The notes beneath the pieces were generated by a model. That model had not been told where the DNA came from and searched no databases. It saw only the letters and a program-made list of their open reading frames with translations. A stretch of 64,000 bases of DNA, taken from the IMG/VR virus record IMGVR_UViG_3300032225_002272, one strand, 5' to 3'. Of this stretch, positions 52,716 to 62,659 are shown piece by piece (the first letter of the stretch is position 1; every line of letters begins with the position of its first letter). Position numbers and translations under genes: made by a program. The stretch is from an uncultured virus (IMG/VR IMGVR_UViG_3300032225_002272) (taxonomy: Duplodnaviria; Heunggongvirae; Uroviricota; Caudoviricetes).

Positions 52716-52774
52716 CTTTATTATCTTTTATACTTTACGATTTTACAAAAGTTGTAAAAAACCGCAAAATTTTG

Positions 52775-52861
52775 TGAGGAAGGGTAGGATTTGAACCTCC
52801 GAAGACCATTAAGTCAACTGTGTTACGACACAGCCGCATTTGACCACTTTGCTACTTCCTC
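52775..52861 (-). tRNA. atypical tRNA-Tyr(GUA)-like gene
   Basis: GAGGAAG/CTTCCTC acceptor with A73, D-loop GG, long variable arm, GGTTCAAATCC; anticodon loop is the 6-nt TCGTAA. Confidence 0.65.
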
Positions 52862-52870
52862 ATTTTTCGG

Positions 52871-52931
52871 ACGGTGACAGCCTCCTATTTGGGCTCACGC
52901 TTCGTGCGTTACTTTTATTGTCCCTCACCGT
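52871..52931 (-). ncRNA. candidate structured RNA (three-way junction)
   Basis: ACGGTGA/TCACCGT closing CACG/CGTG and AGCC/GGCT hairpins. Confidence 0.4.
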
Positions 52932-52970
52932 TTAGGTTATCTTTAATATTTAATTATCTCTTTTGTTACA

Positions 52971-53002
52971 CAAAGATAATACTTATTTTTTATTTTGCCA
53001 AA
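52971..53002 (-). promoter_or_regulatory. Bacteroidota-type promoter TTTG-N20-TATCTTTG
   Basis: caaagata 52971-52978 and caaa 52999-53002. Confidence 0.7.
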
Positions 53003-53403
53003 TTTTTCTTCAAAAGATTTTGACAAGTTTCTTTCCACTCAAAATGTTCTACATGAACTGGAAAACATTTACCTTGGTCAAATTTATTAGACTCAAAAAT
53101 GTCCATTAATTCAATATCATCATCATCTAAGTGAAATATAAATCCTTTACCTTCTAAAAAGTAAGACTTAGATTCCATACAAGTGAAATGAATATTTTCT
53201 TTTTTGATGCCACATTCTTCAGCAACATCAAATAGTTTTTGATTTTGTCCTTCTATCCAATGCCACTTATTTTCTTTTGCGGCTTCATCACTAAATCTTG
53301 ATGTAACAATCCATACTTCGTGTCCTTCATCTACCAACTGTTTGGCAAACTTCTGAACATCCTTTCTGGATAATGTATGATCGAAATCAAAACTTACTTT
53401 CAT
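52990..53403 (-). CDS. HAD-superfamily phosphatase
   Basis: SFDFDHTL, IVTSR, K, HLDDD. Confidence 0.8.
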   Translation of the reverse strand: MKVSFDFDHTLSRKDVQKFAKQLVDEGHEVWIVTSRFSDEAAKENKWHWIEGQNQKLFDVAEECGIKKENIHFTCMESKSYFLEGKGFIFHLDDDDIELMDIFESNKFDQGKCFPVHVEHFEWKETCQNLLKKNLAK

Positions 53404-53430
53404 AGTACAAAGATACGTTAAAATTTTAAC

Positions 53431-53751
53431 TTAAACAAGTGTATCACCTGTAAAAAAGATATTTTTATCTCTTAGTAGTTTTTCTAATAACATGCTATCT
53501 TTAGCAAAAACATCCCAACAATTTTTATCGGGTTTAATTATAAAGTAATATTTAACTTCATCAATTTCCACATCATAAACTCTAACAACACTTTGGTCTA
53601 AATCATCTAGTGAGTAGTTTCTTGTCCATGATAAAATGTGATAGGATTCTTCATTTGTTTTAAAATCAACGGCTTTGAAATTATAAAAATCTTCTAATTC
53701 ATTAACAATCCATTGACCGTACTTTTCTTTGTCAAAGTAAACTTTTTCCAT
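53431..53751 (-). CDS. hypothetical protein
   Basis: 106-aa ORF. Confidence 0.65.
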   Translation of the reverse strand: MEKVYFDKEKYGQWIVNELEDFYNFKAVDFKTNEESYHILSWTRNYSLDDLDQSVVRVYDVEIDEVKYYFIIKPDKNCWDVFAKDSMLLEKLLRDKNIFFTGDTLV

Positions 53752-53752
53752 A

Positions 53753-54115
53753 TTATAAATTTTTTTTAATCACTTCTGAAAACAACTCTTTAAGTTCTTT
53801 TGTTAACTCAATGTTGTAATCATCCAGTGTAACTTCTGTTACATTAATAGTCTCGTCGGTTATTTCAAAATCTGAATATGGCGGATTCCAATAATCACCA
53901 GGATCATAGTCTACTCGACCTGATACGTCTAGATCATATATTATTACTAAATCCAAACCATTTACTTCAAATAACATGAATTCACTCTCACTACTAAAGT
54001 GACCTTCATTTTCACATATTAATTCTTCCCATTGGTCTGATTTTTTACAATCAGAATCGATTAAATTACTGATTTTATTAAGGTCCAATGAATATGTAGA
54101 AATAAAGTTTGTCAT
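53753..54115 (-). CDS. hypothetical acidic protein
   Basis: DPGDYWNPP motif. Confidence 0.65.
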   Translation of the reverse strand: MTNFISTYSLDLNKISNLIDSDCKKSDQWEELICENEGHFSSESEFMLFEVNGLDLVIIYDLDVSGRVDYDPGDYWNPPYSDFEITDETINVTEVTLDDYNIELTKELKELFSEVIKKNL

Positions 54116-54150
54116 ATATATTCTGTTTAGAAATATAAAGATATAAAAAA

Positions 54151-55026
54151 TTATTGTAAATTCAAAACTTTAGACTCTTTTATATAGTCTGAAAGGTTTT
54201 TTTCAGCTCTCCACTTAATTAGTGAATAAGTTTTCATCCATTCTGATTCAGTATGCTGACCTTCATTTTTTCTTAAAGGCACAAATGTTATTCTTGATAA
54301 ATCATTATCAACCCACATTTTAGCAACATCTAGAATAGAAACTGGATTACCTCTACCTAAATCAAAGTTTTGACCTCTCCAATCACCTTCACTTATTTTA
54401 ATAAGACCATTACAGATATCTTCAACATGTGTAAAATCTCTTGATTGTAAACCATCACCAACAACTGTTAGTTTTTCACCATCTTCAAACTGTCTTCCAA
54501 ACTTAGCAACAACAGTAGCCCACTCACCAACTCTTGGTTCTCTTGGACCATAAACATTATAAAATGTAGCCATCGCACAGTTCATATCAAAACAATTAGC
54601 ATATGTTTTTAAGACACCCTCACCAACAACTTTATAATAAGTATAAGGACTAATATAATCACCATGATTTTTAGAAGAGGTGGTGGCATAAACAACAATA
54701 CCAGACTTAGATAATCTGGCAAACTCCATAACTTCAGAAGTACCTAAGGCATTTGAGCTAAAGTACTCAGATGGATTTTCAAAAGAAGGTTGTATTCTTG
54801 CTTTGGCGGCTAGGTGGAATATTCTGTCAAATTTATATCCAACAAAATACTTATTGATATCTTCAACTTTGCCTATAACAAGGTTTGCTTTTTCATTATG
54901 ATTTTCCATAAATGAAGACTCAGATGATAAGTCGTCTAATATAGAAACTTCATCACCTAAGTCAATTAATATATCTACTAAATTAGACCCTACAAATCCT
55001 AAACCACCGGTAACTAAAGACTTCAT
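54151..55026 (-). CDS. NAD-dependent epimerase/dehydratase
   Basis: VTGGLGFVGS, HLAA, SPYTYYK, FYNVYGP, RDFTHVED. Confidence 0.9.
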   Translation of the reverse strand: MKSLVTGGLGFVGSNLVDILIDLGDEVSILDDLSSESSFMENHNEKANLVIGKVEDINKYFVGYKFDRIFHLAAKARIQPSFENPSEYFSSNALGTSEVMEFARLSKSGIVVYATTSSKNHGDYISPYTYYKVVGEGVLKTYANCFDMNCAMATFYNVYGPREPRVGEWATVVAKFGRQFEDGEKLTVVGDGLQSRDFTHVEDICNGLIKISEGDWRGQNFDLGRGNPVSILDVAKMWVDNDLSRITFVPLRKNEGQHTESEWMKTYSLIKWRAEKNLSDYIKESKVLNLQ

Positions 55027-55346
55027 TAACCCGCTACTTTTTTTATTTCACCAAAAACAGATTTTCTTGGTTGTCTCAACTTTACATCATTGTGTGAGTT
55101 ATCGGTGTAATCAACAACAACAGATTCTTGCATTTGATAAGTTGTTCCAGCATCTCCACTTGAACTCATATTTTTTGTTTTCTTTTTAGGATTAAAGACT
55201 TCTTCTAACTTTTGATAAGTTGTCTCCCAAGTATTTCTTGGCTCACCTTGTCTTTCAAGAAAAGCAAGAATTGAATCTTTACTAATCTCACTAAATTTTT
55301 TCCCAGAAGCTTGAACTGCCTCTACTAACGAATTAAATGTTGACAT
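55026..55346 (-). CDS. hypothetical protein
   Basis: Coupled ORF. Confidence 0.65.
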   Translation of the reverse strand: MSTFNSLVEAVQASGKKFSEISKDSILAFLERQGEPRNTWETTYQKLEEVFNPKKKTKNMSSSGDAGTTYQMQESVVVDYTDNSHNDVKLRQPRKSVFGEIKKVAG

Positions 55347-55351
55347 ATATT

Positions 55352-55840
55352 TTATTTTAAAGTAATTACTTTGTTAAATCCTTCATCAGGTGTTATTGGT
55401 TGGTAAGAAGAAATCATAGATTTAACAATTCTCATTGGAAGGTCTTTATTTTCTTCTTCAATTCTTTTTTGATTACGTCTTACATATTCATCATCTGATA
55501 AAATAGGAAAGATAACACCTAACTTATAGTAATCATCTGAGAAATAGTTTAGATTTTGTTTTCTACGTTTAGAAGCCATGTGTGTCATATCAACAATCAC
55601 ACTCTTTTTAGCCAAATTAGCATCTAAAAACTTTTGAGTTAAAACTCTATCCACTTCTTTTTGATCAACATTGTTGAAAGCCTCAGTATAGTTTCTTGAG
55701 CCATATACTTCCATAACAGTTTCATCACGACTAATTACTTCAGTCGTTGGAAAGTTTTCTCTAATCCAAGTTGTTTTACCAGATAGAGGTGGTCCGATAA
55801 GGATAATAACAAATGGTTCTTTTAAGTATTTAAGATTCAT
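55352..55840 (-). CDS. P-loop kinase (polynucleotide kinase-like, AAA_33)
   Basis: GPPLSGKTT, ISRD, IVDMT..R. Confidence 0.85.
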   Translation of the reverse strand: MNLKYLKEPFVIILIGPPLSGKTTWIRENFPTTEVISRDETVMEVYGSRNYTEAFNNVDQKEVDRVLTQKFLDANLAKKSVIVDMTHMASKRRKQNLNYFSDDYYKLGVIFPILSDDEYVRRNQKRIEEENKDLPMRIVKSMISSYQPITPDEGFNKVITLK

Positions 55841-56442
55841 ATTGATTGAATTGATTTTTTAATTATTTCTGCGTGGTCGAATGCCATATCAACGGTTACA
55901 TCACCGTCATAGCTCACATCATTCCAAGTACATTCTGTAGCATCATCACCAGCTTGAACAACTGGAATTTCATCTAATACAACAACAAAAGCGTGACTAA
56001 CACAATTTTTATTTCTAGGGTCACGATAAGGTTTATCAAAAGCACCTACATAAGTAAAGTACTTACCAGGTATCATAAGTCCTGTTTCTTCTTCCAACTC
56101 ACGAACAGCGGCATCTAAAGGAATCTCACCTTCATCTATGTTACCACCTGGATTAGCCCACATGCCAACAAATGGTGGACGACCTCTTTTAATTGAAAGT
56201 ACTTTATAGTTTGTTCCAGTATCTACTAAAACAACTAAGTCAACACAAGACATTCCTGTATCAACAATATCATTACCAACAACTCTTAAAATATAAGAGT
56301 ATCCTATAGTTAATTTATTTTCTGATTTATTGAAAAAGTTACCAAAGTTGGTATAAATTGTATTCTCTTTAATATCAAGAACCTTTAAGGGTCCTATCCA
56401 CTCAGATGTATTGAATTGATTAAACTTTTTTATAGTCGTCAT
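55837..56442 (-). CDS. Nudix hydrolase
   Basis: PGGNIDEGE..AAVRELEEETG Nudix box; RDPR; AGDDA. Confidence 0.92.
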   Translation of the reverse strand: MTTIKKFNQFNTSEWIGPLKVLDIKENTIYTNFGNFFNKSENKLTIGYSYILRVVGNDIVDTGMSCVDLVVLVDTGTNYKVLSIKRGRPPFVGMWANPGGNIDEGEIPLDAAVRELEEETGLMIPGKYFTYVGAFDKPYRDPRNKNCVSHAFVVVLDEIPVVQAGDDATECTWNDVSYDGDVTVDMAFDHAEIIKKSIQSI

Positions 56443-56520
56443 TATCGAATATTATTTTTCGTCTCACAAAGATATGATTTATTTATTAATTTACCAATAT
56501 AAAATTAATATATAGTGTAT

Positions 56521-58398
56521 ATGATTTCAAAGTATAATAGTTTTATTGTAGATATGTTGTTAGAAAAGGCTATCAATGAGTCTTTCTTATACTATTCTCC
56601 AAATGCTAGAAAAGCGTTAAGTAGAATAAAGTCTAATGATATTGCCAAAGAATTATTAGACTCGGAAGGAACTGATGTAAAACCTGATATGACTTTTATT
56701 GATTTAGGTAAAGAAGGATATCTTTCTTTCATTACAATGAGAAATGCTAAACCTTTAATTGTTGCTAAATATCCAAATACAGATTGGTCAATAAATATTG
56801 ACAATAAACCAATGCCAGATCCTGAAACATATTCAAATGATTTACATGAATTTGATATGGATTCTGGTGGAAGTGATGCTAGTGGAGTATTCACTAAATC
56901 AAGAAATGAAGTAGGATTAGGTAGATTTGTTAATAAACTATTTCCTGGTAAATATAATTCAAAACAAATTGAAGATTTTATCAATTCATTCAAAGCTTCT
57001 TTAGAAAAACAAGGTGAACATTTTGATTTAGTTGAAGGAGAAGATATTGAATTTTGGTATAATTCCAATAATTATAAAGCTAATGCGGGCACTCTTGGCT
57101 CATCTTGTATGGCTCAAAAGAGAAATCTATTTGGTATCTATACTCAGAATCAAGATGTTTGTAAAATGTTAATTCTTAAAGAAGATGATAAAATCTTAGG
57201 TAGAGCTTTAGTTTGGAAATTAGCATCTATAAAACATATGAGAAAAGATGTTGAAGGTGTTGAGTATTTCATGGATAGACAATATACTATTAAAGACTCT
57301 GATGTTCAAAAATTCAGAAACTATGCTAAAGAACAAGGTTGGTGTTATAAATCTTATAACAATCACCATAGTTATTCAACAGTTACCATAAATGATGAGG
57401 TAAAAAATGTTGATATGACTGTTAAAGTTAAAGATAAAGATTACAACAGATATCCTTATATGGACACATTTAGAAGATATGATGTTAGTAATGGTATTTT
57501 ATATAATGATTCAGAACAAGATGGAGAAGATTATGAAGGTCAATATATCTTAGAAGATACCGGTGGTGGATACATGGAAATTGAAGGTGGTTATTATTCT
57601 GAATGGTATGATAGAAGAATCCCTCGTGATGAAGCTGTTTGGTCTGATCCACTTGATTCTTACTTATATGAAGATAGAGCTGTTCAAGTTAGAAGAGGTA
57701 GTAGTAGAAAAAGAGGATGGTATCCAGAAGATTATGATGATATATTCTTTGATGAAGATCATGATGAGTACTTCCACATAGATGATGGTGTTTATTCTTA
57801 TATTGAGAATAGAACTTTATATGATGAAACTGCTGTAAAAGTAGTTACTGAAATTTTTGATGATGGTGATGTGCCAAGTTCAGATGATCAATATATGTAT
57901 GAGGGTGATAGAGATATTACTGAAATAGACACTGATTGGTTCTGGTTTGATAAAATCACTGATAAGTTCAGAGATTGGAGAGATTATGGTTACATTAGTC
58001 AAAAATTATTAGTTGTTGATTACAAAGGTAATTATATTCCTAAAGCATTTGCTACTGAAGTTTATAATATAGAACCTAGAGATAATGCTGTTGATATAAC
58101 AGGAGTTGAGTATTTAACTAAAGCTGATTCTTTAGGATTAGGATATAATATTATTGAGTCAGAAAAGAGAATAATTGATTGGTTTACTTACACAGAAACT
58201 ATTTCTGAATATACAGATATTCTTTTAGAAAGAATACCTAAATTAATTGTGAGATATAGTGATGTTTTAAATAATAAAGGTCAGTTACAACTTCAGTTCC
58301 AAGGTGAAGATCAACAAGAGTACAGAGGTAAGATTTATATTAACAGAGCACTTTGTCAAGATAGATTAGAGAATTTAGAAGAAGAAACTTGGAACTAA
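56521..58398 (+). CDS. conserved phage protein (SCM/GRAxxW/YPYxDT family), paralog of 5172..6428
   Basis: GTLGSSCMA, GRALVW, FMDRQYT, YPYMDT; TAATATATA at 56506. Confidence 0.8.
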   Translation: MISKYNSFIVDMLLEKAINESFLYYSPNARKALSRIKSNDIAKELLDSEGTDVKPDMTFIDLGKEGYLSFITMRNAKPLIVAKYPNTDWSINIDNKPMPDPETYSNDLHEFDMDSGGSDASGVFTKSRNEVGLGRFVNKLFPGKYNSKQIEDFINSFKASLEKQGEHFDLVEGEDIEFWYNSNNYKANAGTLGSSCMAQKRNLFGIYTQNQDVCKMLILKEDDKILGRALVWKLASIKHMRKDVEGVEYFMDRQYTIKDSDVQKFRNYAKEQGWCYKSYNNHHSYSTVTINDEVKNVDMTVKVKDKDYNRYPYMDTFRRYDVSNGILYNDSEQDGEDYEGQYILEDTGGGYMEIEGGYYSEWYDRRIPRDEAVWSDPLDSYLYEDRAVQVRRGSSRKRGWYPEDYDDIFFDEDHDEYFHIDDGVYSYIENRTLYDETAVKVVTEIFDDGDVPSSDDQYMYEGDRDITEIDTDWFWFDKITDKFRDWRDYGYISQKLLVVDYKGNYIPKAFATEVYNIEPRDNAVDITGVEYLTKADSLGLGYNIIESEKRIIDWFTYTETISEYTDILLERIPKLIVRYSDVLNNKGQLQLQFQGEDQQEYRGKIYINRALCQDRLENLEEETWN

Positions 58399-58408
58399 AT
58401 TTCAAGTT

Positions 58409-59119
58409 TTATCTTGCGATTAAAAGTTGAATCTTAATATTCTCTGATGTTGATGAACGGTGATAACCATCAATCAATCTATATTTATCATCTTTAACTA
58501 AAGCAATACCTCTAATACCTGTATAATTCTTATCAGAATAGTGTTGTAGATTTTTAGTATTTACTTTTCTATAATGTTCATCTGAACCAAAAATGATACT
58601 GTCTCTTTCAACAGTTTCAATTGAATATTGACGACCTTGTAAAGCTGGTAGAATACTACCATACTCCAACATTAGAAGATATTCAATTCTTGATGTTAAA
58701 TCAATTATTGAAAGAGCTTCATTAATTTGGTCTTCAATTTTTTGAGCAACAGAATTCTCTAATAAAACATCATCAATTTCTTGACCATAGTACCCACCAC
58801 AAACTTGAACTTCCCAATTAGTTGGTTCATATGCCTTATTAATTCTTAGAATTCTATCAATAGTATAAATATCAATTTCTTTTGAAACGCCACCTAATAT
58901 AGAATTAATAGCAGAGTTTCTTTTTGAAGATAAAGAGTTATCAAAAATAGAGTTATATACCTCATTAACTATTGAAGGTATATCAACTGTTACAACATGA
59001 GCATTTTCTAAGGTCTCACAACGGCAAATACCTTCCTCATCACAACCATGAGCGCCACAATCTCTGTAGGCATCATAATCATAATTAGTGTGATACTTAA
59101 AACTTACTCCAACTATCAT
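58409..59119 (-). CDS. hypothetical protein with Cys cluster and ParB/Srx-like C-terminus
   Basis: CGAHGCDEEGICRC; LIDGYHR. Confidence 0.6.
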   Translation of the reverse strand: MIVGVSFKYHTNYDYDAYRDCGAHGCDEEGICRCETLENAHVVTVDIPSIVNEVYNSIFDNSLSSKRNSAINSILGGVSKEIDIYTIDRILRINKAYEPTNWEVQVCGGYYGQEIDDVLLENSVAQKIEDQINEALSIIDLTSRIEYLLMLEYGSILPALQGRQYSIETVERDSIIFGSDEHYRKVNTKNLQHYSDKNYTGIRGIALVKDDKYRLIDGYHRSSTSENIKIQLLIAR

Positions 59120-59418
59120 TTGTTTTTAATTCTTGTTTTGTAGCTTTTACCGTCTTCTAATTTCTTATAGATGTAAAACTGGTTATATTTTAGCTTCATA
59201 TAAAGTTCTCTTAAAGAAGAACCATCTAAGGCATACCAAGTAGTTGGTAGAATTTCCTCCTTAGCAAAAGGATTCCACCTATTAACTCTATCAATTAATC
59301 TTTTACCATCTTTGATAGGTTCATCAAAGTAATAAAAATGATCATGCTTTAAAGTTGCTTGTTTCTTTTTAAGTTGTTCTTCAATTTTACCTATTAGATG
59401 TCTTCTAATAAAATTCAT
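59116..59418 (-). CDS. hypothetical protein
   Basis: Likely start MNFIRRH. Confidence 0.6.
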   Translation of the reverse strand: MNFIRRHLIGKIEEQLKKKQATLKHDHFYYFDEPIKDGKRLIDRVNRWNPFAKEEILPTTWYALDGSSLRELYMKLKYNQFYIYKKLEDGKSYKTRIKNK

Positions 59419-59419
59419 T

Positions 59420-59836
59420 TTATACAAATTTACCGTTAACAATTCCGTTGTGATAATATCTGAAGTCAGTAAGGTCTTTACCTTCAATTACTTTCAAATA
59501 TCCATTAATAGCACCAATTATATTTTGACGACCAGAAGTATTGTCAGTATGAGCATACCAATCTGGAAAGTGTTTTACATGGTCTAAACAATAGTTGATT
59601 AAATAATCAGCCGCATCTTTACCAGTCCACTCTTTACCGTCTTTATCAACACAAGCCAAATCGTGGTCAAATGAAACTAATTCAATTTCATCAAAATGTT
59701 TATTAACAATATCAACAAATTCAAAATAGTCACGAGCAATGGTCCACTTGTTAGTTGGTAAATAATCCAATCCTAAGCCCTTAACTGCGTTATGAGCCAT
59801 TCCTGGAATTCTGATGTCGTCTAAAAATAAGTTCAT
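59420..59836 (-). CDS. cyclic-phosphate-processing receiver-like domain protein
   Basis: LFLDDIR, VSFDHDL, TG.D, HTDN..G. Confidence 0.75.
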   Translation of the reverse strand: MNLFLDDIRIPGMAHNAVKGLGLDYLPTNKWTIARDYFEFVDIVNKHFDEIELVSFDHDLACVDKDGKEWTGKDAADYLINYCLDHVKHFPDWYAHTDNTSGRQNIIGAINGYLKVIEGKDLTDFRYYHNGIVNGKFV

Positions 59837-59840
59837 TTTT

Positions 59841-60017
59841 TTAATTTAAGTACACTCCTTTGTTTATACAATAAAGATTTAAATATAATGCGATTGTAAA
59901 CCAAGTTTCAAATTCTTGATTATCTTGTGATGTTTCTAATCTTTGGATTAAAAAGTCAGCCATTGGTTGAGCCCAACTCATAATAAATCTAGATCTTAGT
60001 TCTTTTAATTTTTTCAT
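59841..60017 (-). CDS. 58-aa hypothetical protein (absent from the ORF track)
   Basis: MKKLKELRSRFIMSWAQPMADFLIQRL..GVYLN* fills the gap with an ATGA overlap. Confidence 0.6.
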   Translation of the reverse strand: MKKLKELRSRFIMSWAQPMADFLIQRLETSQDNQEFETWFTIALYLNLYCINKGVYLN

Positions 60018-60469
60018 ACGTTATAATTATTATTAAGAAATTCTTTTTCTATTTTAGTAAGTGAGTCTAAACCCACTTGACTTATTCTATCTAATATAGT
60101 ATCAATATCCAAATTGTTGTATATCCAATCATTTAAATCATCAATAAAAAAAGAATATTTTATTGAATCAGTAGGATATACTTTATCACCAACTTCTAAA
60201 TCCATATTAAATTTTCCTTTTAATATATCTTCTGTTAAATCTGTTAGTTCAAATTTTATTAAATTCTCTGCTAATATACCTAAATATCTTTTAACTTGTA
60301 TAGGTTCGGCAATAGCAAAAAATGTATATACTCTATCTTCTTCATACTCAAAATAAGAATCTGCCTCCATATCATCAAGTTTTTCTTTATCTATGTCAGA
60401 AAGTCTGTCATAGTCTTCAGTTAGATCAAAAGAAGATTTAGAAAATTTAATTTTATAAACGCAGTACAT
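60014..60469 (-). CDS. hypothetical protein
   Basis: C-terminal IDTILDRISQVGLDSLT..EKEFL helix motif. Confidence 0.65.
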   Translation of the reverse strand: MYCVYKIKFSKSSFDLTEDYDRLSDIDKEKLDDMEADSYFEYEEDRVYTFFAIAEPIQVKRYLGILAENLIKFELTDLTEDILKGKFNMDLEVGDKVYPTDSIKYSFFIDDLNDWIYNNLDIDTILDRISQVGLDSLTKIEKEFLNNNYNV

Positions 60470-60578
60470 ACAATATATATTCACAAATATAATACTTATT
60501 TTACAATATAGGAAATTTAAATTCATGAAACATCATGATATCCTTTATAAACATTATAATTATTATTAGTATAATTGT

Positions 60579-60962
60579 ATGGAACAAAAGAAAAGACCTG
60601 ATAGCTTTGTAGAAAACAGATTATCTAAGAGATATCCAACGGAAATTGGCGCACCAAAATTTGAACCTGATAATATTTCTCTTTTTAAAATTGAAAAAAC
60701 TTCTAAAATAAAAAAATACTATTCTTCAAGATTTGAAGAGATGACTAAAGAGTATGAAAAGTTAATGTCAGAAATTCAAATGAATGAAAGACTTTATACG
60801 GCTTCACACAACTTTGAACCAATCTCTGGCGAAACTTACCACTTATATAAAAAGGAATCCGGTCAAGAATTTCTTTCTTTAATATCTCCGGAACAATGGG
60901 CAAAATTTGATTTCATCGGATCTTATAGATTCTTATCAGACGGTAGATGGGAGGCTATTTAA
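60579..60962 (+). CDS. DUF2452-like protein
   Basis: YPTEIGAPKF, FEPISGETYHLY, FLSLISPEQW. Confidence 0.7.
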   Translation: MEQKKRPDSFVENRLSKRYPTEIGAPKFEPDNISLFKIEKTSKIKKYYSSRFEEMTKEYEKLMSEIQMNERLYTASHNFEPISGETYHLYKKESGQEFLSLISPEQWAKFDFIGSYRFLSDGRWEAI

Positions 60963-62563
60963 CCTACCCACCCTTCTTTCAAACTTACAGTCTTATTGAA
61001 ACTTTTACCGTCAGTGTCTAAAATATAATACCCTTTTCTCATCATTTGAACTGGTGCCTTGACTTTTAAAACATGAGGTTCAAAGATTGCCTTATCATTA
61101 ATTATAAGTGAATCTGGGTTGATATAATTGATAAAATCATCTTCATTTTTATCAGGTGATTCATCATTGAATAATCTATCATATTCATTTACATTCATTC
61201 TAACTCCGTGTTCAGCAGATACCCAGTGAATGGTTCCTTTAATCTTTCTTTCAATAAACATACCTGATCTTGTTAAAGGATCGTAAGTACATCTAATCTC
61301 AATGATTTCTCCGAATTCATCTTTGATAACTTCATTAGCCATAATAACATAAGCACCTTTTAATCTTACTTCACCACCTAATTTCAATCTATGAAATTTA
61401 TTATTAGCTTCTTCTCTAAAATCTTCTCTTTCAATAAATAATTCTCCATTAAAAGGAATCATTCTAGTACCAGCACTTTCATCACCAGGATTATTTTCAA
61501 CTTCAACCATTTCAGTTCCGTTATCCCAATTAGTAATAACTAACTTAACTGGATCCATGACACCCATTAATCTGTTGGTAACTATATTCAAATCAGTTCT
61601 TAAACATTCTTCTAAAAGTAAATAAGAAACAACCGATTCTTTTCTGGTAACAGAAATTCTATCACAAAAATCTTTAATAGCATTTGGTGTAAAACCTCTT
61701 CTTCTTAAACCGGAAATAGTAGGCATTCTTGGATCATCCCAACCATCAACATAAGATTCTTCAACCAATCTTTTTAATTTTCTCTTTGACATAACTGTAT
61801 AGTCAATGTTCAAACGAGCAAACTCAGTTTCTTCTGGAAGTGGATTTTCTAAATCACAATTTTCTAATACCCACATATATAAAGGTCTATGAACTTCAAA
61901 TTCTAAAGTACATAAAGAATCAGTGATACCTTCTTTATAATCTGAAAGTGGATGAGCAAAGTCATACATTGGATAAATCTTCCAAGTATCACCAGCTCTG
62001 TGGTGTGACTTAGATATTATTCTATAAAGAACCGGATCTCTTAAAATCATATTAGGAGAAGTCATATCAATATTGGCTCTTAAAATTTTAGAACCTTCAG
62101 AGAATTCACCTAATCTCATTCTATTAAATAAGTCTAAGTTTTCTTCTATACTTCTAGATTTATAAGGTGAGTCTTTACCAACTGAAGTTGGAGTTCCTTT
62201 TAAGTTAGCAATTTCTTCACTGGTTGAATCATCAACATAAGCTAATCCTTTCTTAATTAAAGTAACAGCACAATCATAAAGAAAATCAAAATAATCAGAT
62301 GTATAGAAAATGTTGGCTGGTTTGTAACCTAACCATTCTATATCTTTTATAATTGATTCAACAAAGTGAGTATCTTCAGTAGTTGGATTTGTATCATCAA
62401 ATCTCAAGTTACAAGGTCTATTATATTTTTCAGCCAAGCCAAAATTTAGTATAATGGATTTAGCGTGACCCAGGTGTAGCAGACCATTGGGTTCAGGAGG
62501 AAATCTTAATGTTAGTTTATCAAGATTGTCTTTTTCTAATATTTTATCTTCAATGAAATTCAT
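60959..62563 (-). CDS. glnS: glutaminyl-tRNA synthetase
   Basis: RFPPEPNGLLHLGHAK, LRFDDTNP, IYPMYDFAH, CTLEF, MSKR, GWDDPRMPT, KGTIHWVS. Confidence 0.96.
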   Translation of the reverse strand: MNFIEDKILEKDNLDKLTLRFPPEPNGLLHLGHAKSIILNFGLAEKYNRPCNLRFDDTNPTTEDTHFVESIIKDIEWLGYKPANIFYTSDYFDFLYDCAVTLIKKGLAYVDDSTSEEIANLKGTPTSVGKDSPYKSRSIEENLDLFNRMRLGEFSEGSKILRANIDMTSPNMILRDPVLYRIISKSHHRAGDTWKIYPMYDFAHPLSDYKEGITDSLCTLEFEVHRPLYMWVLENCDLENPLPEETEFARLNIDYTVMSKRKLKRLVEESYVDGWDDPRMPTISGLRRRGFTPNAIKDFCDRISVTRKESVVSYLLLEECLRTDLNIVTNRLMGVMDPVKLVITNWDNGTEMVEVENNPGDESAGTRMIPFNGELFIEREDFREEANNKFHRLKLGGEVRLKGAYVIMANEVIKDEFGEIIEIRCTYDPLTRSGMFIERKIKGTIHWVSAEHGVRMNVNEYDRLFNDESPDKNEDDFINYINPDSLIINDKAIFEPHVLKVKAPVQMMRKGYYILDTDGKSFNKTVSLKEGWVG

Positions 62564-62581
62564 AATGTTTATATTTTTTAG

Positions 62582-62653
62582 TTGTCTCGCCAGGATTCGA
62601 ACCTGGACTCTTTCCGTTCAAAGCGGCTTGTGTTGCCCTTACACCACGAGACA
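62582..62653 (-). tRNA. tRNA-Gln(UUG), weak anticodon stem
   Basis: TGTCTCG/CGAGACA acceptor (U1-A72), loop CT-TTG-AA, GGTTCGAATCC. Confidence 0.8.
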
Positions 62654-62659
62654 TTGTTG

